The translations under genes and the position numbers were made by a program. Below are positions 48,087 through 61,017 of a stretch of 64,000 nucleotides of DNA, piece after piece. The notes under the pieces were generated by a model. It searched no databases, was not told the DNA's origin, and saw only the letters and a list, made by a program, of their open reading frames with translations. The stretch spans positions 983,370 through 1,047,369 of the forward strand of contig MU008175.1 in assembly GCA_010909165.1 (NCBI GenBank), given 5' to 3'. The number at the start of each line of letters is the position of its first letter. Within the stretch, counting starts at the first letter, position 1. Source of the stretch: Anthoceros angustus. Lineage: Eukaryota > Plantae > Anthocerotophyta.

Positions 48087-51000
48087 GTGGATTGTTATCC
48101 TGGCGCAGTGAGAGGCTTAGAGATATGTCGAGGAAGGTAAGAACCTGTCGTTGTAAAGTCTGCTGGGATTTGTCTTCGTGTTGTAGCAAGTGTAGAGTCG
48201 ATTGTATCAAGCTCTTTGCGGCATGCGAAACTAATTAGCCTAGCTGACTACTGCAGGACAACTTTTCACCCGCATGGACCAGCCATCATTGAAACCATAT
48301 TTCAGGAGACTGTACCATACGCTAGATGTGAAATAATATCCACAACCAGATTCTTTGCATGCTAGCTCACGGCTCGCAAAAGAGCTCACTTGCTTGGGCA
48401 GGCTAAAGTTTTCTGGGGGATCGTGCGGGTAAGCTCACCTCCTCTACCTGCCATTTATGTCCTTTCTCGATTGCCGTCCTTTCAGATATTTAGATCAGCA
48501 TATCGTAAGTCCGAGGTGTCTATGGACCACGGAAGGCTTAGGAGGGCAGCCTCTTTACTTCATGAGCTTCTCCGTCAGCGGAACTACGCAATTATTTCTG
48601 AAACGATAATAGGTAGTGGGGTGGAGAGGATCACCCAATCAGGAAGTATTCCAACTTCTTGGGATCAGCCTGACCCGAACTGGTTTAGCGAGGGCGGGCT
48701 TAGGTGGCGTTGTGTGGCCGATGTTTTCCGCCTGTTGGACCAACTGCAGTGCGGCGTGGCCGCCCGTTGAAGGGGCATCATCTTGTCTATGCCCAAATAA
48801 TCGATCGGAAGTGAAGGGGATGTTCATTTCTTGCTTCACAGGTGGATTGCATATCATGGCGCTGTGCACATGGTTTCGCATCATGGGTTGAGACGTTTGA
48901 CGACCTGACCGCACTACTCCATGTACTCACCGCTAAACGTCTTGATCCGTAGCAGACGCCTAGAAACTCAATCAAGAATCAATCCGTAGCAGACCCCTCG
49001 AAATTCAATCAAGAATCAATCAGGACACATACCCCGTGTCTGTTTGGGTGACTTTTCGTTGGTCGTCGTAGGTTTATGGCCATTCGTGGAGGACGACGAA
49101 CAAGCTGAAACCCATATACACGATACACACCCGAAGCGAAGCCAAATCGGAACATGTCCATGGTCCCCCGTCACCTCCGGTAGGCACTCCAACAATCGCC
49201 TCTGCTAGGGGATGAGCATCCAAATCAATCACTTCCCTGCCTCTTATATTCATTGCTCATGTTCTCATCCATATCCTTGAATTCTTTCCAAAGAAAACTA
49301 ACAAGCTACTATATGCTAGCAAGGTATCTAGTTAAAATATTCACTTAAATCTATAACTTTAGTTTCTTAAGCTTAAGTGCTAATGAGCACAACCGATTGT
49401 ATTTCAGTTAAATGCCTTAAGTTCCACTTGGTTAGCTTTACGATGGAAGGCGCTGCATGAAGAAGGGTTCCTGGGGCGTAGACCCGCCGCATCTCCGTAA
49501 GCAGACCGGCGTCAAGAAAGGAAACTAGAGGAACTAACTAATACAAATGAGGAAAACTACTTCGTTCAGAATTCGTTTATCAAACATGTATTGTAATATT
49601 TTTTGCTATACTTTTTTAATAAAGTGCGAAGCGGTTTCTCCTATAGCGTGGCGAGCAAAAACAAGGAGATAAAAGAAATATCTGCGCTTTCGAAAGCGCA
49701 GCGCGCCTTCATTCGCCACACTCGGAGAGGAGAACAAGTTTTTCTTCGAGAAATTGCAAAGAAAGAAAAACCGTGTTATCTTCTCTCCTCTTTTTTCTTT
49801 TCTTGTTAGAGAACACTATATGTGTTTTCTTTTCTCATTAGAGAACGCTATATGCGTTTCTTGCATATCCTTATTCGCTTCGCAGTGCGCAGCGCATAGC
49901 TTGAAGTCAAAAGCCTTCCCTCGAGGGCCTCGCTGGACTTGTCGGAGATGTACGCAAATTTACCTCATTAAAGGTTAGAACGATATTACATTGAATCAGG
50001 TACAATAGGTCTTGATTGGTTGAAAATCAGGGAGCAAGATATTAACACATTGCTCAAAAATAAAGATCGAGGTGATTTCGTCCTTACATCTCAACGCACT
50101 AGTACCCGCTTCGATAGGGTTACCCTTACCCATGAATTCAATCATTGAAGAGAGTAAGCTCTCGAAGAAACTTACAAACTCATATAATAGTTTTAGAGCC
50201 ACTCAGACTGTGCCTTATTTGACTTTCTAACATATTTATACAGGCCTCACGAGAGGCTCATAACTAAAGTCGCTTCTAAATCCTATTTTATAGTTGTGGC
50301 ACCTTTACTTTCCGCAACAAAGTGACAAGGGTTACAATAAAGTCGGAAAAATAAAGAAGATTTAAAAGCTACATCATACTCAAGTTTATTATCGAGGCCC
50401 AGAAAAGAAGCTTGCTTCTTCTCTCATCCCTATTTGCTTGCTAACAGAAAGGCCTCTAGTACTCAAGTCTTTGGGAATTTCCCGCATACGCCCAAGTTTA
50501 GCCATGACACCTTCTACTCATACCATTACCTGTCACTTAATTTACGAGAGTTAATATGAATTTCTTAAATTGTAACAACTTCTCTCCACTTGAACTAACA
50601 ATGTCTACAGTCATTGCAGATTTTGACCGATTACTCTTTCTTTACCTACCAAATATATATTGATATAAGTGATGAATGAAAGTATATAGCTACACGGAAT
50701 CATGGCAAGTGGCACCACGCTTGCATACAAATACAAGGATAAACTACGCGATGGGCTACCCTATAGATGGTGGTGCAATTGGTATTTTGTGGTCAAGGAC
50801 ACGGTAACTGTGAATTTGACTAGGGTTATGTATTTTGCTTGAAAAAATGAAACGAGAACTCTCTGGAGACTTTTGAGGCCTCCATCTATTCATGGTGGCT
50901 AGATTATTGGAGTTCTGCAGGACTCTTGGCTTCGGTTCATCATTCTTGGTCGTTAGTATCCAGCCGTAGCTGCTGTGAGCATGGGGATAACTTGACTACC

Positions 51001-51879
51001 CTACCCTAACTAAAAATTCTTCTTCTTTTTTTTCTTACCATTCAAGTGCTAGTCTTTTAAGTTATGCGCCTAGGAAGCTTTTAGAAAGACAAAGGTTGAA
51101 AGTAAGTAATATCTTTTCATGACATTCTATTCGCCGTAGAGAAGGCTTCAAGCTCTCAAACATATGTTTCTGCTTGAAATGCACAAACTGTCAAACACTT
51201 GAATTTTGTAAACGATGTTATTATATAAGGTTTAGGGTTTGCAAAAACTCACGTTTTGGAAACAACTAGCAATCAGGAGGGGTTTAGTGAGATCGCCTCT
51301 CTGGAATTACCGTATGACCATTGCATTAAGAAACCTCCATGTGGCCTTCACACTTTGCGCTGCTTTCTTCTCTAACGGCGCACGTGAAGTAGAGGCTATC
51401 GTCAAATACGTCGTTACAAGAAACTATAGGGTTAGAGTTTACATTGCCACGGCCGCTTGTACGTGTTCCAATAGGTGTCTCTATATTAGTTGACCTGACT
51501 TCAACTAGGCAGCGTGTTCCATTTCGTCGGCAATAACCAATCCAATGTTGTGGTTCATTTCCATATCTTCATCCGATGGTTGGTCATGAACGTCACCCCA
51601 ATCATCTATCCTTCTCGCTTGGGCTTGAAATCCTTGAAGTTGGAATAACTTGGTTTTGATAAGCTCTTGTGTCCCATGTGTAAAGTACTCTTTCGCGTCA
51701 ATGCAAACCCATATGCCAAAATGAGTGTATCTGAAATTAGGAGTCAATCAAGGCGCTTAGGATTTACGCAGGGCAACATGGTACGCAAGCATGACCTGTC
51801 TAGTACGCAATGTTTCCTATTTTAATTATATCTAGCAACAGAAATGAGAAAAAAAATCACAAAATACCATATTTTAGGG

Positions 51880-52035
51880 GGAGTGCACAAACGTGCTTGC
51901 ACACTAGCCCCAACAATATTAGTATTTTTAATATATTTTTTGATTTTTTTGATGTTTTAAAGGGTTCGTTTTGGCATTTTCAACCTCTTTTCAGCCTTTT
52001 AGATACGAAAGTGTGCAAACATGTTTGCGCATTTG
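51880..52035. repeat. Small MITE-like element with ~25-bp imperfect terminal inverted repeats
   Basis: gagtgcacaaacgtgcttgcacact versus aagtgtgcaaacatgtttgcgcattt around an AT-rich core. Confidence 0.4.
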
Positions 52036-52602
52036 TGCATTTCACTTCCTTCTTGTAATAATCGAACTCTAGCAGCCTGATCTTGCGCCATTAACATGCT
52101 CACACTCTGAACACTTAACATGCAAATTTGAATATGTACTCATCTTGACTACTTAACCCTCATGTTTTTCCTCGTGATCAAAACTTTGAAAAAGTTCTCG
52201 AGGTCTTCAACATCTCCAGATTTTTGGCATGGGCCCAGCTCCTTGAGCATACCCTACTTATCTCATTCCCGCATAGTACGTAAATTTCCACTGTCTGAGA
52301 GATAAGGTCTAGTAGGATTTCCAAAGTGAGAGTAGTGATAAGAATGACTGGTGCGAGGGGAAGAGCGGAGCACAAGTACAACAACATTGTGTTTTGTAAA
52401 AGTTCCAAAATTTTGTATTACTTTGGCTCCTGTGAATGACCTTATTTTATGTGTCATCGGAATGTGCTACAATTTGAGAACCCTTTCGTTTATTCCTGAG
52501 TAAATAACATCTCAACTCTTAAAGGTTTAGTTTCTGTGCGGATTTTCCAACGTTGAAATGAAGGGGGCTTGTGCAAAAAGGGGTGATCCGAGAAACCTAT
52601 TT

Positions 52603-53282
52603 CTACCCAGATGCTGTTATAGAGACCCATTTCTCCTCCTCCTCCTCTTCTTCTTCCCCTTCTTCCCCTTCTTCTTCTTCCCCTTCTTCCCCTTCTTCTT
52701 CTTCTTCTTCTTCTTCTTGTCCTTCATTATTTTGTTGTTCATCATCTTGTTTTTCATCACATTTTCTTTCATCGCTGACATCATATTCTAGTTCTTCATC
52801 ACCTTTATGACATTTTTGTTCTCGTACCATTCTGAACGAAGAAGTAGAATCTGCCACGTTTGCTCCTTCATCTGCCGTTTTGTAAGAAGAAGTAGAATCT
52901 GCATCACTTGCTCCTTCATCTGCCATTGTGTAAGAAGAAGTAGAATTTGCACCGCTTGCTCCTTCATCTGCCGCTATGTAGCTTGCTTTTTCTTCAGAAG
53001 AAATAGAACCTACGTCGATTGCTCCTCCTTCTACATTGCCTTCTTCTTGAGAGTTTGCCACTTCTTCTTCTACATTGCCTTCAGTAGGCACATCAACACT
53101 CGCCTCTACTCCAGGTCGAGAATCCAAATCACTCCCCGGCACACTCGCGTCTATTACAGAACGAACATCCAAATTACTCTCGGGCACATTCGCCTCTACT
53201 TTAGAACGAGCATCCGAATTACTTATGTGCTTTGGAACTACAATGCCCATCCTGACATCAATATCTTCGAATTCTCTCTGAA
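52603..53282 (-). CDS. Acidic low-complexity orphan exon/ORF (15-aa repeats, poly-Glu tail)
   Basis: The 215-aa ORF has ADEGASxAxSTSSY three times and EEEEEEEEGEEGEEEE. A polypyrimidine-CAG acceptor sits just upstream, and homologues lie at ~49170 and ~54200. Confidence 0.4.
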
Positions 53283-53611
53283 AGAAAATAAAAAAGTTGC
53301 TATATGTTAGCCAGACATGGTGTTAGAATATTGACACAAATATTTAGAGCTCTAACTACATAAGCTCAAGCACTTACGAGCCCATTGCATTATACAATCC
53401 CTGAGTCATCGGTCTTTTTAGGTCTTTATATATATGTAGGACACTTCCCAATACGAATTTAAATTTTGGGTCTCTAATTCTATGTCCTCGCATGAATTCC
53501 AAGTTTCCCTAGACTTTCTATGCCTTTGTATAAATATAAGGTTTCTTCATGTCCTTATCAATGTTTTTAGATATAAAGATAAAATTAAGTCTACAAATCT
53601 TTTATTATAAC

Positions 53612-53702
53612 CCTTTCATCTCCTTGGCTATGACGATGGCCTTCCATCTCATGAATAGCCTGTGAGATGGAAGGACCTTATCATAGCCATGGCGATGAAA
53701 GG
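53612..53702. other. Long hairpin (41-bp in-register stem, 9-nt loop): pre-miRNA-like or foldback
   Basis: cctttcatc/gatgaaagg, tggctatga/tcatagcca and ccttccatctca/tgagatggaagg pair with no bulges. Confidence 0.75.
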
Positions 53703-54199
53703 ACCAGCCGGCGGGAGGTAAAAGGATAGATCTATGAGGAGGAATAATTATGGAAAGGCAGACACACGTTTTATCTAATAATTTGACAATAAAAATATAT
53801 ATTTTATTAATAATTTAATATTCGATTGAGTTTGACAGCCCTAGAGCACTTGAAGATGGATAGATTGATGAAAAATAATCGAATAATCTTGCACTGGTAC
53901 CGGAGCACAACCGATGCCCTCAAACATTTGAATATTATATTACTATTCAAGTACTATATTAGATAAAATTATCTGAGGAAATAAAAACCAAATTGTGATT
54001 CAACTTTATGTCTTAACTTCAATATCTTTATGGCTTACCCACCTGTCTTCAAAAAAAGACTATTTTCCAATCTATGCTGTTGTGTTGCATATTCTCAATG
54101 GCCTAGAAAAATCAATAAGTGGGTGGAGGTAGCATCAGGGTATTTTGGATCTTCAATCTCTCTGCCGAAGCCAAAGCCAAATCCTAACATCTCCATGCC

Positions 54200-54372
54200 G
54201 TCTGGTCATCTCTTATAGGCACACCAACAACCGCCTCTACCTTAAAACGAGCATCGAGTCATCTCTGGTAGACACACCAACAACCGCCTCTACCTTAGAA
54301 CGAGCATCCGGTCATCTCTGGTAGGCACACCAACAACCGCCTCTACCTTAGAACGAGCATCCAAATTACTCC
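54200..54372. repeat. 53-bp tandem repeat (~3 copies)
   Basis: ggtcatctctggtaggcacaccaacaaccgcctctaccttagaacgagcatcc recurs with period 53. Confidence 0.9.
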
Positions 54373-55527
54373 TCTACCTTTGCAGTTCATCGCTCATCTT
54401 TCATACATATCCTCTGGTTCTTGCAAAAGAAAATTAACAAGCTAGACAATATGCTAGCAAGATACCCTGTTAGAATATCCACTTTAGTCTTATAACTCTA
54501 GTTTCCTAATCTCAAGCACATGCGAGCATAACGAACTATATAATCATTAAGTTGTAGATGCTTCTAGGGCTTTATATATGTAGGACTCTTTCCAACACAT
54601 GGTCAAATTCCATGTCTTTACTCGTTAAGCTATAGATGCTTCTAGACCTCATGTGTGAGACTCTTTCTACCACGTTTCTTAAGTTTTCTATGCTTTTATG
54701 TATATACATGACTGTTCCAAACACAGGCTCAAATCCCAAGTCTCTTAAGTCTGCTTCCTTATCGTCTCTTAAGTCTGCTTCCTTATCGTTTTGTTACACC
54801 GTTTACTTATGGTCCAAATAGAAGTTACGAAGAATCTATTGTCAATGTTCATACTGCATAACCATAGTCCAGCTTTGTGCAAAGAAGCTCTAGTTCGGTG
54901 TCATATGAAACTAGAAGCTCAATGACAACCTTACAAAGCTTACAAGGTTTAGAAAAAGACTGGTTACTTTTTCTGCGGCGTAATTTTAACCAGTTTGGGC
55001 CAATGAAGCTGTGTACGAACTACGAAGCGCTGCAAAAGGCGGTGCGAAAACCGAGCGGAGTCCGAAGAGGTGAGCAGCTTGCGGCACACAGACACGAAGT
55101 CCTGGATCTGGATGACCCAGTGTCAGATAGGTGGGTAGGAGTGAGAAAGAGCGTGACATGTGGAGAGGCAGTTACCCGGGCTCGGGGCCTGGCCATCACG
55201 CTGGAAGGCTGGAATTGCTAACAAAGGCGAAGGCGACAAACAGGGAATACCGGCTGCCGCTGCGGGATGCCAGGCTTCCCTTCAATATCCACATCAGATA
55301 TTGCGCCTGTCACGCCCGCATAACGTCGCCGCTGCCCACATCCCCGGCTCTATTTACCTCCCACAAGCCTCGCTCCCTGTAAGTCACAAAGCAGCAGCGG
55401 CATCAGCAGCAGCTGCTTTTGGGACCACGCCCAGCTTGCGCAACGCGATTTTGAGCTCGTACAGCACAAGGCAAATTTTGCCCATCTTGATGAGCAGGAG
55501 CTCTCGCGGCTGAGAATCCAGGACGCC

Positions 55528-58500
55528 ATGGGTTCGCTCGACGTGGCCTCCATTGAATTCGCCTCCTCCGAGCCCATCCTGTACGTGAACGGGAAGCGGC
55601 ACGTGCTGCCGGAAGACGCTGCGCACCGCACCTTGCTGGAGTATCTACGACTGGGTAATTGTTGTGGAGTGTTTTGGGTGGTTGGATCACTTGAATTTGA
55701 TTGATCGCGCCCGGCCGGAGTTTGGATTCAATGACGGATGGAAGAGCTGGTCCAAGTTGGAAAATGGGTTGTGGGTTGTGTTTCTCACGTTTCGTGTTGG
55801 CCTTCAGATTTGCACTTGACGGGGACGAAGCTTGGGTGCGGGGAAGGTGGATGTGGGGCTTGCACTGTGATGGTGTCGCACTTTGATTCTGATCGGCAGC
55901 TCATCGTGTAAGTGGTCTTGCTGGACTGGATCAGGATGAGCCATCTGGTTGACCTCTTGTGCTTACGTGGGAGGTGCGTGGATGCATGCAGGCACCGGGC
56001 GGTGAATGCGTGCCTGACTCCACTGTATTCTGTGGAAGGAATGCATGTGGTTACTGTTGAGGGAATTGGCAATCGGCGGCAGGGTTTCCACAAAGTGCAG
56101 GTGACTTGGCCCAGGTCCTGTTGGGATGGTTGGGATGGTGTGCCGGCTATGATACGTGTGTAAAATGTAGTGTATGTGGTACGCTGATGTGCAGGAAGCG
56201 TTGTCCAATGCCCATGGGTCCCAATGTGGATTCTGTACTCCAGGATTTGTAATGTCCATGTATTCGTTGCTGAGGTCTCGTAATGAGCCTCCGAGCTTTG
56301 AGGAGATTGAGGAGCACCTTGCAGGCAATCTCTGTCGATGTACAGGCTATCGTCCCATTCTGGATGCATTTAGAACCTTCGCCAAGTCAGACCCTTCTGT
56401 ATATACCGCTGAAGCTGCCTCGGCTGCTGGTGTTGGAGATGCTAAAGAGGTGGTTACCGCAAAGGAGGGTCAGGTGATTTGCCCATCGACAGGACAGCCT
56501 TGTGGATGTGGCAAAACGTCTGAGGCACAACCAAAAAATGGGTATGAGCTTAAGGAGGTTGCAGCTGCCCGACAGGACCTGGTAAAGGCTGGTGAGCAGC
56601 CATGTGTGAAGGCTGGCGGCCATGAGTGTTCGACATCTGAGCTTATCTTTCCGCCTGAGCTAGTGAAAAGGAAGGTGCAACCTTTACTCCTGAAGGGGAT
56701 GAGAGGGATGGTATGGTACCGTCCAACAAAGTTGAACGATCTCCTGTCTCTGAAACAGAAGTTCCCTGATGCCAAGCTTGTGGTTGGAAACACAGAAATT
56801 GGTATAGAAACTAGATTCAAGGGCTTGATCTACCCTGTACTCATTGGAGTTTCGAGTGTGCCTGAGATGAACAATGTGAAAATCAGTGACGATGGCATCT
56901 TGGTGGGTGCCGCATGTAATTTAACACAGCTGTTGGAAGCCTTTCGACAAAGTGTCAACGAGCGCCCAGCTTTTGAGACGTCAGCTTGTCTGGCTTTCAT
57001 TGAACAGCTCCGGTGGTTTGCAGGAAGTCAAATTAGAAATGTTGCCTCTGTTGGTGGGAACATTTGTACAGCTAGTCCAATTTCGGACCTGAACCCTTTA
57101 TGGATGGCAAGTCGAGCGACTTTCACTGTGCTTTCCCATGACAACTCCTCAAGGACAATGGATGCGAAGAGTTTTTTTGTAGGTTATCGAAAGGTCAATC
57201 TGCGGAACTCTGAAATCCTAGTGTCTGTGTTCATTCCTTGGACAAGAAAGTATGAATATGTGAAGGAGTTCAAACAAGCTCATCGACGTGATGATGACAT
57301 TGCGCTTGTTAATGCGGGCATGCGTGTGGCCTTGTCTGAAGCTGATGGAATCTGGCTGGTTGATGATGTATCTTTGGTATATGGGGGTGTAGCTGCAGTG
57401 CCTTTGTGTGCATTCAAAACGGAAGCATTTCTGAAGGGAAAACCTTGGAACCAGGAGACTGTAGATGGTGCCCTCCATGTTCTTGGAAAGGATGTAGTGA
57501 TAGCAGAGAATGCACCAGGTGGCATGGTCGAGTTTCGTCGTTCCCTAACATCTAGCTTCTTCTTTAAATTTTTCCTGTCTACAGTCTACAAGCTTGAAGT
57601 GGAGGAGGGTTATGCTCACCAGTTGCCCTCCAGCTATAAATCAGCTGCGCAATCGTACCATAGAGAGCCATCTCATGGAATGCAGATTTATGAAAAGAAG
57701 GCCAAGGGTACCTCGGTTGGATTGCCCTTCATTCATGCTTCTGCTAAGCTACAGGTTTGTATATGCTCTTGATACGTGCTGTTCCTGTCCCGTGAGCATA
57801 ATTGTTTTGCTCACATGTCTGTGTGCCTGTTCCTCAGGTAACTGGTGAAGCTGAGTACTGCGATGATATTCCATTACCTGCAAATGGTTTGCATGCGGCC
57901 CTGGTCCTCAGCACAAGGCCGCATGCAAAAATTGTGTCCATAGACTCCAGAGAGGCAGAAGCGCAGCCTGGTTTTGAGGGCTTCTTTACGGCGAAGGATG
58001 TGCCAGGTGGAAATGATGTGGGTGCTGTTGCTCATGACGAGGAGCTTTTTGCGACCAGAGTGGTGACTGCTGTTGGTCAGGTGAATGGAGGCAGAGATTC
58101 ACAACGTTTGTTCTATTGTGCTGTCTGCCTTGAGAACATACTTTTGGATAACTCGTACTCCTCTGTGCTACAGGTGATAGGAGTGGTCGTTGCAAACACT
58201 TACGAGAATGCCAAGGCGGCTGCTCAGAAAGTGAAAGTCAGTTATAAAGAGTTACCAGCTGTCTTGAGCATTGAAGATGCCTTAGAGGCAAAAAGTTTTT
58301 TTCCTACTACTGCTCGAGTGCTCCATGACGGAGATGCAGACCATTGTTTCCAAAGTGGTGAATGTGAGTATGTAAGAGAGGGCAGAGTACAAGTAGGCGG
58401 TCAAGAGCACTTTTATCTCGAGCCCAATTGCTCGTTGGTGTGGACCACCGATGGTGGAAATGAAGTGCATATGATATCCTCGACTCAGGTCTGAAACGTG

Positions 58501-61017
58501 CTAAATCTAGCTGTGTTGCTGCCTTATTGTGGCCTGCCAGGGTGATCACTAACTACGCCATGTGCTGCTGTCAGTCACCACAAAAGCACCAAAAATATGT
58601 TGCACACGTCTTGGGCCTTCCTATGAATAAAGTGGTTTGTAAGACCAAGCGGATTGGGGGAGGCTTTGGAGGCAAAGAAACGAGATCAGCCTTTATTGCT
58701 GCTCTGGCTTCTGTTCCTGCTTATTTGTTACGAAGGCCAGTTCGTATAACTTTGGACAGAGACGTTGATATGCTGATAAGTGGTCAGAGGCATCCTTTTC
58801 TTGGGAAATACAAGGTATGATTGGAGTAACGGCTTCATCTTTCTTTTTCTGGCCTTCCCTAAGGATAAGGATGCTAGGGATGATGGTGGGAATCTACTGT
58901 TTGATTCTGATTCCAGAGCACTGCGGCTTTTCTGTTTTGTTGCTCAGGTCGGATTCACAAAGGAGGGCAAAATTCAGGCGTTGGACCTCGAAATATATAG
59001 CAATGGAGGAAACTCCCTGGACTTGTCATTTTCAGTTCTGGAACGTGCGATGTTCCATTCCGACAATGTGTATGTCATTCCAAATATGCATGTCAAAGGA
59101 AACGTGTGTTACACAAATCTTGCAAGCAACACTGCTTTCCGAGGCTTTGGTGGTCCGCAAGGAATGCTCATAACTGAGAACTGGATTGACCATATCGCTC
59201 GCACTCTCGGAAGACGACCAGAGGCCATAAGAGTGAGTCATAGTGAACTCACGTCAGTTGACTCATGGTGATGCTGTTTTCAGCTGGTTTCAGCACTAAG
59301 TGCAGTGAATCATGTGCTTGTTTCTGGCAGGAACTGAATTTTCAGGAGGAAGGCTACATGCTTCATTATGGTCAGCGCTTGGATGACTGTAGGCTGCAGA
59401 GAGTATGGGAAGAATTGCGTGTTTCTTGTGACTTCGACACTAGGTGTGCGGAGGGTGCAACGTTTAATTTGGAGCACCGCTGGAAAAAGCGAGGTGTGGC
59501 AATGGTGCCAACTAAGTTTGGGATATCGTTCACAACCAAATTTCTTAACCAGGTTGGAAAACTGACAGCTGGATTTTGATCTTTTTGCTGGTAGTTTGCA
59601 TGGAGAGGGCTGGCACTCTGCTGTTAAGTGGTTCTGACGATGATGCATGGGATTCAGGCTGGGGCATTGGTGCAAATTTACACAGATGGTACGGTTCTGG
59701 TTACTCATGGTGGAGTGGAGATGGGACAAGGCCTTCATACGAAAATGGCTCAAATAGCTGCTAGCGTGTTTGGCATTTCTCTGGATTCGGTCTTTATCTC
59801 AGAGACCAGCACGGATAAGGTAAGAAGGCTTGTTCTTTGTAAGCTTGCATGTGACTTGTTACTGTTTGTAGAATGGGCTCCGCATAAAGTGGTTAAGAGT
59901 ATCATGTGCTCATCGTCACTTTGTATGGGGTGGTGACTGATTATTATCTCCACATCTCAGGTCCCAAATGCTTCACCGACTGCAGCCTCTGCAAGTGCAG
60001 ATCTGTATGGAGGAGCGGTACTTGATGCTTGTCAGCAGCTAAAATCTAGGATGGAACCAATAGCTGCCAGAGGGAAGCATTCTTCGTTCGCTGAGGTAAT
60101 CGTGAACAGTTGCACTTGCCTTAAAGCAGTCAGGGTGAAAAATCTGATTGTCAAAGATCTTCACTGACAATCATCTCACGTATTGGTATCTTTCACACTT
60201 GCAGCTGGCAGAGCTTTGCTACATGGAGCGCATTGATCTTTCAGCTCACGGATTCTATATTACCCCAGACATAGGGTTTGACTTTTCTGTGGGCAAAGGG
60301 AAGCCCTTCGCATATTACACATATGGTGCTGCATTCGCTGAGGTGGAAATTGATGCATTATCTGGAGATTTCCACACACGACGGGTGGATATAGTCATGG
60401 ATTTGGGCGACTCACTGAATCCAGCTATTGACGTTGGCCAGGTGATTCCGGTTGTCCATGCTCTGTGGAATAGCTCCAGGATTGTTAACAAGCTGCAGGA
60501 TCTGAAAATCTTGATCCCCTTCTGCAGGTGGAAGGTGCTTTTATTCAAGGCTTGGGACTAGTGGCTCTGGAGGAACTCAAGTGGGGAGATCCTGCGCATC
60601 CATGGATTAGACCTGGGCAGCTTTTCACGCAAGGACCAGGAACTTACAAGTTGCCCTCAGCAAACGACATACCTATTGACTTTCGTGTATCATTATTGAA
60701 GGTGAGGATTGGTTCACTGTGTGCTCGTTTAGATTCTTGCCACTTCTTCTCAAGCAAGCTTCGTATTCCTGCAGGATGCTCCAAATTCAAAAGCCATCCA
60801 TTCATCTAAGGCAGTGGGAGAGCCGCCATTATTTCTTGCCTCCTCAGTCCTCTTTGCTATCAAGGATGCTGTTGCAGCCGCCAGAAAAGAGAGTGGGTTG
60901 GAAGGATACTTTGTGCTTGACTCACCTGCAACACCGGAAAGGATACGAATGGCATGTTCCGATCAATTCACTGCCCCTTTTGCTTCTCACGACTTGAGGC
61001 CTAAGCTCAGCATATAG
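55528..61017 (+). CDS. XDH: Xanthine dehydrogenase (2Fe-2S, FAD and Moco domains), multi-exon
   Basis: [123 protein letters not shown], ends RPKLSI*. Confidence 0.97.

Noticed and set aside
48390-48914. ORFs downstream of the desaturase
   Set aside because: Short and without motifs, so not supportable as genes.
50000-50130. IGLDWLK resembling a retroviral protease tail
   Set aside because: A single short motif with no catalytic DSG/DTG or other pol domains.
51400-51493. YRVRVYIATAACTC resembling a MULE SWIM finger
   Set aside because: The downstream CxH is missing and no transposase core is recognisable.
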